The position numbers were made by a program, and so were the translations under genes. A DNA stretch of 64,000 nucleotides from a virus (lineage: Duplodnaviria > Caudoviricetes). The stretch is taken from positions 104,027 to 168,026 of IMG/VR virus record IMGVR_UViG_3300031992_000018; one strand, 5' to 3'. Position 1 is the first letter of the stretch. Each line of letters opens with the position of its first letter. Positions 59,466 through 64,000 of this stretch are shown one piece after another. Below the pieces are notes generated by a model that made no database searches, was not told where the DNA came from, and saw nothing but the letters and a program-made list of their open reading frames with translations.

Positions 59466-60135
59466 GATACCAAGAAGGTGGATTTTTTTCTAAAGGACAA
59501 TTATTAAACATAAAACCCATATCAGTAACATTACTTACATCCCATTTAGATATATCTCCATTAAATTTTGATTTAGTAAACATATCAGACATACTTTTAA
59601 CATTACTTACATCCCATTTAGATATATCTCCATTAAATTCAGATTTATAAAACATATCAGACATACTATTAACATTACTTACATCCCATTTAGATATATC
59701 ATTATTAAATTGAGAATATTGAAACATTTTTTCCATATTAGTAACATTACTTACATCCCAATTAGATATATCTTGATTAAATTTAGACTCGGAAAACATA
59801 CTTTTCATATTAGTAACCTTGCTTACATCCCATTTTGATATATCTCCATTAAATGGAGAATATTCAAATATATGACTCATATCAGTAACATTACTTACAT
59901 CCCATTTTGATATATCTCCATTAAAATTAATATTTTGTAATATACAGAACATATCAGTAATTTCACTAACATCAATATCATTTAAATCAGCATCATTTCC
60001 TCTTTCTTCAATTAACTTCTTAATTAAAGATCTAAGTTCATCTCTATCTTTAGGATGATAATGATATACTACTTTTTTAATATTATCTCTATTTAAATGT
60101 AACTTTTCTAATATATATGTATTAAGTTCTTTCAT
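59458..60135 (-). CDS. DUF285/BspA-type repeat protein with MK..EKLHLNR leader; paralogue of 1133..2020
   Basis: Six 24-aa repeats; start moved to MKEL; late promoter 60156-60168. Confidence 0.85.
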   Translation of the reverse strand: MKELNTYILEKLHLNRDNIKKVVYHYHPKDRDELRSLIKKLIEERGNDADLNDIDVSEITDMFCILQNINFNGDISKWDVSNVTDMSHIFEYSPFNGDISKWDVSKVTNMKSMFSESKFNQDISNWDVSNVTNMEKMFQYSQFNNDISKWDVSNVNSMSDMFYKSEFNGDISKWDVSNVKSMSDMFTKSKFNGDISKWDVSNVTDMGFMFNNCPLEKNPPSWYHE

Positions 60136-60168
60136 AAATGGCATATTCTTTATTATATATAAAAATAA

Positions 60169-60196
60169 TTGAATTTTTCTATATTAATACTATATT
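60169..60196 (+). promoter_or_regulatory. Putative early/middle promoter, back-to-back with the late promoter
   Basis: TTGAAT-N16-TATATT. Confidence 0.7.
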
Positions 60197-60206
60197 AAAT
60201 GTGGAT

Positions 60207-60563
60207 ATGAAAGTATTAAAACATAGAAATAATTGGTGTTGGGGACATAGTACAATAATTGTACTAAATGGTGGTAAAGGAATTGTTACTGTTTCATTTG
60301 AAAATGATAATCCAAATGAAGCAACAATAACTGGTTTAAGTGTACATGAAAAATATAGAAATAAAGGACTTGGTACAGAATTGGTAAAACTTGCTGAAGA
60401 AGAAGCAAAAGAATTTAAAGTAAAAAGAATTATACTTTTTAGTGATGAAAATACATTTACATATAATTGGTATCAACGTCTTGGTTATAAAAGAGCATTT
60501 GACAGAGTATATATAGAATCACCACAAGTAAAAGAATTATCAAAAGATATTATATATGAGTAG
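60207..60563 (+). CDS. GNAT acetyltransferase
   Basis: LSVHEKYRNKGLGTELV, WYQRLGY; start moved to MKVL. Confidence 0.85.
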   Translation: MKVLKHRNNWCWGHSTIIVLNGGKGIVTVSFENDNPNEATITGLSVHEKYRNKGLGTELVKLAEEEAKEFKVKRIILFSDENTFTYNWYQRLGYKRAFDRVYIESPQVKELSKDIIYE

Positions 60564-61227
60564 AGAAGTTAAGAAATATAAATTCAATAAAAATCATATT
60601 GAGATTTTTACTATTGAAAATCCAGAGATGCCTATTCCAAAGTGGCCAGCTTTTGAACAGGTATCTGCTAATTCATATTCTTATTCTCATAATTATGGTT
60701 TATATCAGAAAGACGAATATAAAACTATAAAGAAAGAATCTAAACTTGGTTTTTATTACTATTCTAAAGTTAGGGTTCATCAGCCAGGTAAAACATTTAG
60801 TGGAGTAATTAGTAGAACTATTGTGACATTTCCTATAGCAGGAGAAAAGAATATGTATTATCAGCTTAAATATGTTACTCAGTATGATGATAATAAAATT
60901 GGTGGAGAAGATGGTCTAAGACCTTGGGATATTTATCCTGGTGATAAGAATTTTCCTGATAATATGCTTGAAGGTCTTATTAAAGATGTAAATGAATTCT
61001 TTGCAATAGCTGAAACATCATGTTCTGATTTTTATAATACTAGTAGTAGATATTATTATACTAAGGAAGATAAAAGTACAATATCTGTAAAGGCTGTAAA
61101 AAATAAAGTATTCACTGAATTGTTTGGAAATCCTAATGGTCCAAGATTTCAGACAGATCTAGAAAAGATTCTATCACATGGATTTGATCCTAAATATAGT
61201 TTTAGAAAAGATAAGGAGAAAAAATAA
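60556..61227 (+). CDS. Hypothetical protein
   Basis: KILSHGFDPKYSFRK C-terminus. Confidence 0.65.
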   Translation: MSREVKKYKFNKNHIEIFTIENPEMPIPKWPAFEQVSANSYSYSHNYGLYQKDEYKTIKKESKLGFYYYSKVRVHQPGKTFSGVISRTIVTFPIAGEKNMYYQLKYVTQYDDNKIGGEDGLRPWDIYPGDKNFPDNMLEGLIKDVNEFFAIAETSCSDFYNTSSRYYYTKEDKSTISVKAVKNKVFTELFGNPNGPRFQTDLEKILSHGFDPKYSFRKDKEKK

Positions 61228-61382
61228 TGTTTAATGATGGACAAGTGTTGACACCAGATAAATGTTTTGAACAAGCATTACGTGATGCATTTAATACATT
61301 TTATACAAATTATAATAAGTATAAAAGTTGGATGGAAAATGAACAAAAATATCGTTATTGTGACGATGATGATGAATATTAA
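61227..61382 (+). CDS. Small hypothetical protein (not in the ORF track)
   Basis: ATG overlaps the upstream stop; ORF fills the gap. Confidence 0.5.
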   Translation: MFNDGQVLTPDKCFEQALRDAFNTFYTNYNKYKSWMENEQKYRYCDDDDEY

Positions 61383-61384
61383 TT

Positions 61385-62056
61385 ATGGGACGATATGTAT
61401 TAATAACAAATATTTGGGGTCGTAAACCTAGACAGATTACTTCATACTATTCTGAATGGTGTGATTTTGATATTAATAAAAATCCTATCTTTGTAGATGA
61501 TGAAAGATATGAATTTGATACTCTTGAAGAACTTAATGAACATATTAAGCTCTTTAAAGAGATATGTAAGGATTATGAAAGACCATCTACAGAAACAGTT
61601 GGTTATAGTAGATGGGAGAAATCTAAGAAGGATATTTTTGATAGTCCTAATAAAAGAAAGTATGGATATCTATATGGTGATAGAGAAACCATGAGACTTG
61701 TATGGGGTGGTGATAAATTATATAACTATAATAAAAGTACTAATACTTTAAAACTTTATGATATTCTTTTTAGAGGAGCAGATGAAATTCCTAAAGATTA
61801 TAAATGGGATGATGGAGAATATGAAGGATGGCTTCAATATCGTTGGGGTGATGGAAAAAATGCTGTAGGTTATGTTGAACCAGAAAAGCCTAAAAAGAAT
61901 GATGAAGTTATTGATGAAGTTATTAATGAAGATGAAGTAGAAGATACTTCATACTATGATGATTCATTTGATAATTCATTTGCAGAAGAAATTGAAAATG
62001 CTTATGCAAAACTTGAAGATAAAGAATTAGTTAAAAAACTTGAAGATAGATGGTAA
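61385..62056 (+). CDS. Hypothetical protein
   Basis: 223 aa with acidic tail. Confidence 0.65.
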   Translation: MGRYVLITNIWGRKPRQITSYYSEWCDFDINKNPIFVDDERYEFDTLEELNEHIKLFKEICKDYERPSTETVGYSRWEKSKKDIFDSPNKRKYGYLYGDRETMRLVWGGDKLYNYNKSTNTLKLYDILFRGADEIPKDYKWDDGEYEGWLQYRWGDGKNAVGYVEPEKPKKNDEVIDEVINEDEVEDTSYYDDSFDNSFAEEIENAYAKLEDKELVKKLEDRW

Positions 62057-62068
62057 AAAATTAAAGAT

Positions 62069-62290
62069 ATGAAAAAATTTGGAACTAAAGGATATATTGG
62101 TAAACATGTTTATGCTGGTGGTGAATTAAATGGTATTTGGGGAACCATTGTTGGAATAGAGCCAGATGAGGATTTTGAAGATCATATTTGGTATATCGTA
62201 AAAGATGATGAATATGGTGGATTACATAAATATGATTTATGTGAAATTAAAGAACAAGTAATAACCACAAAATTAGTACCGTTACATTAA
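62069..62290 (+). CDS. Small hypothetical protein
   Basis: Operon packing. Confidence 0.55.
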   Translation: MKKFGTKGYIGKHVYAGGELNGIWGTIVGIEPDEDFEDHIWYIVKDDEYGGLHKYDLCEIKEQVITTKLVPLH

Positions 62291-62291
62291 T

Positions 62292-62639
62292 ATGAGAGAC
62301 AAAGATTATCGTAGAAGGCAAGAAGCTTCTCATTTTAATAAGAGGCTTAAATTTTATTCTATTTATAAACCAGATGAACATGCTCCACGTTCTAATGGTA
62401 TGATGAAAAGAAAAGACCCAGTTGAAATTGATGATATTAAAGATGAAAGATGGGTTAATAAACTTAAGAATGGAGATGTAAAGTTTAAGTGGATGGATAA
62501 ATGGAACAAGAAGTTTTGTGATAAAGTTAGAAGGAATCTTCAGAAAACCGTTGATTATCAACTTAAACCACATAGATGGTATGATAGAAAACATGTAAAT
62601 GCACAAGCAAAAGGTTATCCAATTAATGATGAAGAATAA
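62292..62639 (+). CDS. Basic hypothetical protein
   Basis: Operon packing. Confidence 0.55.
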   Translation: MRDKDYRRRQEASHFNKRLKFYSIYKPDEHAPRSNGMMKRKDPVEIDDIKDERWVNKLKNGDVKFKWMDKWNKKFCDKVRRNLQKTVDYQLKPHRWYDRKHVNAQAKGYPINDEE

Positions 62640-62640
62640 T

Positions 62641-62799
62641 ATGAAAGATAATAAAGATTTAAATAAAGATAATAAAGATTTAAAGAAAGACTGGTTTGAT
62701 GAAAATCAGTCTCATGGAGCATTTGCTCTCACTCAAGAAGAAATAGATTTTTATTACAATAAAGAATATCTTAAAGAAAGGTTTGGTTATGAATACTGA
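62641..62799 (+). CDS. Small hypothetical protein
   Basis: Start moved to MKDNK; contains a short in-frame tandem duplication. Confidence 0.45.
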   Translation: MKDNKDLNKDNKDLKKDWFDENQSHGAFALTQEEIDFYYNKEYLKERFGYEY

Positions 62800-63649
62800 A
62801 GATATTAAAGGAACATTAAAATATCGGGTTAATTATCCTATGGCATTTGTTATTTCACATCCATATCTTTATATTGATGATAAAGAAAAATTAAAAGCAT
62901 TGGGTGTTGATGAAGAAAGATATGAAAAATTAAATACATATAAGGATGAATTAACAGAAGAAGAAGCTTCTTTAATCAGAGATTTATTAGATAAAGAATT
63001 AAAAGATAAAAGTGAAAATCCTGATGATTGTCTTGATGATTTATTTAATCCTGGAAAATTTGAATTGAAAGCTAAAAAGTTTTTCTGTGAAATTAATGAT
63101 CCAACAAAAGCAGAATATTGGTCTTCTCAAAAGATTGAATATGATAGAAAGATAAATAAAGAGATTAATGATTTTTTGGAAAAAGATTCTACTACATTTG
63201 AAGATGTAATTGAATTTGCAATAAAAAGAGCACTTAAATATCTTTCATGTAATCCAAAAAATAGTTACTGGGTTACAGAAAAATATTCATTACATGGCAC
63301 TTCTGGTAATTCAAAATATACACAGTTTGAATGTAATTTAATTCCATTCGGTATGATTGCTATTCAGAAATTATATAAAAAATATGGAATTGCACCAGAT
63401 GCGTGCTATGAAAGAGATTTAGGTTTTGGACATACTGCAAAAAGATATGTTGATAATGGTCATATTTATATTGGTACTAAAGGAGATAAATTTTTTATAG
63501 AATATAAACCAAGAATAAAAGGAGATAAAGGATTTCATGATGAATTAATTGACAATATTGGTAGTATTAAAAAAGATATTAGAAATTTTGCTATATCATC
63601 AAAATATTTTAAACAAACTATTCCAGAATTATTAAAAGAAATTGAATAA
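62789..63649 (+). CDS. Hypothetical protein
   Basis: Long ORF; start moved to first ATG. Confidence 0.65.
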   Translation: MNTEDIKGTLKYRVNYPMAFVISHPYLYIDDKEKLKALGVDEERYEKLNTYKDELTEEEASLIRDLLDKELKDKSENPDDCLDDLFNPGKFELKAKKFFCEINDPTKAEYWSSQKIEYDRKINKEINDFLEKDSTTFEDVIEFAIKRALKYLSCNPKNSYWVTEKYSLHGTSGNSKYTQFECNLIPFGMIAIQKLYKKYGIAPDACYERDLGFGHTAKRYVDNGHIYIGTKGDKFFIEYKPRIKGDKGFHDELIDNIGSIKKDIRNFAISSKYFKQTIPELLKEIE

Positions 63650-64000
63650 TGAAAGATCATTTTGAATACAATACACTTCTTACAAGACAGAAGTTTAAAG
63701 AACTTGGTTTCTTGAGAACCAAAGGAATGTGTTGTATTCCAGGATGTAGAGAACATGCTGATGATGCTCATCATATAATGGATAGAAAACTTTGGTCTGA
63801 TTCTGGTTATTATCTTTCTAATTGTGCTCCTGTTTGTTATCAACATCATATGGATTGTGAAAAAATGAAATGGACACCATATCAAGTAATGAAATTTGCT
63901 GATATTGATATAAAATATCTTCAAAAACCTGATAAACTTGACTGGTTAACTTTTGATGAATATAAAGAACTTTTTATTAATGGAGAAATAAATAAATGGG
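63649..64000 (+). CDS. HNH-type nuclease, 3'-truncated by the window edge (not in the ORF track)
   Basis: CCIPGC....DDAHHIMDR.LW..SGYYLSN...VC..HH. Confidence 0.7.
   Translation, partial: MKDHFEYNTLLTRQKFKELGFLRTKGMCCIPGCREHADDAHHIMDRKLWSDSGYYLSNCAPVCYQHHMDCEKMKWTPYQVMKFADIDIKYLQKPDKLDWLTFDEYKELFINGEINKW

Noticed and set aside
62644-62685. 21-bp tandem duplication; also the 36-bp duplication at 34325-34396
   Set aside because: Simple in-frame slippage in low-complexity protein segments; no sign of function
399-63924. Antisense or alternate-frame ORFs in the track (e.g. 399, 2671, 6357, 13559, 17981, 21744-22286, 24160, 28475, 43247, 50045, 51295, 54267-54803, 62247, 63535)
   Set aside because: They overlap better-supported genes and show no motifs or expression signals
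1-64000. Stop-codon recoding (TAG to Gln) as in Lak megaphages
   Set aside because: Long genes are intact in the standard code, and TAG ends genes cleanly at 52855, 57303 and 57691

Overview
A very AT-rich, gene-dense segment of a large T4-like (myovirus-type) jumbo phage genome read in the standard genetic code; TAG is used as a real stop. The host is probably Bacteroidota (Prevotella/Bacteroides-like), inferred from a Bacteroidota-type OmpA, lipoproteins, a DUF4494-like gene and the absence of Shine-Dalgarno sites. Recognisable modules: baseplate genes (gp6- and gp25-like); a cytosine-hypermodification cluster (HD hydrolase, CarB, carbamoyltransferase, P-loop kinase, two thymidylate-synthase-fold proteins including a T4 gp42-like dCMP hydroxymethylase, dCMP deaminase); ThyX; RmlC/RmlD and glycosyltransferases; MgsA; two RNA ligases; a RimK-protease fusion; and many small ORFans. 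Two promoter classes partition the genes: TTGAAT-N16-TATATT (putative early/middle) and TTATTTTTAWWTA (putative late). The most striking unexplained structures are: (i) about 24 mostly unrelated proteins sharing an N-terminal MKxLxEYIxE-type leader that resembles the T4 capsid-targeting sequence, seven of them extended by EKLHLNK and five exposing a Gly-started amphipathic helix after a predicted Glu cleavage; (ii) duplicated junction sequences suggesting serial, polarised capture of cargo genes behind this leader; (iii) a roughly 380-nt structured non-coding unit with its own promoter and terminator; (iv) four paralogues with an IRxxxFETNSSS N-terminus. All family assignments come from motif recognition by eye; no searches were run.
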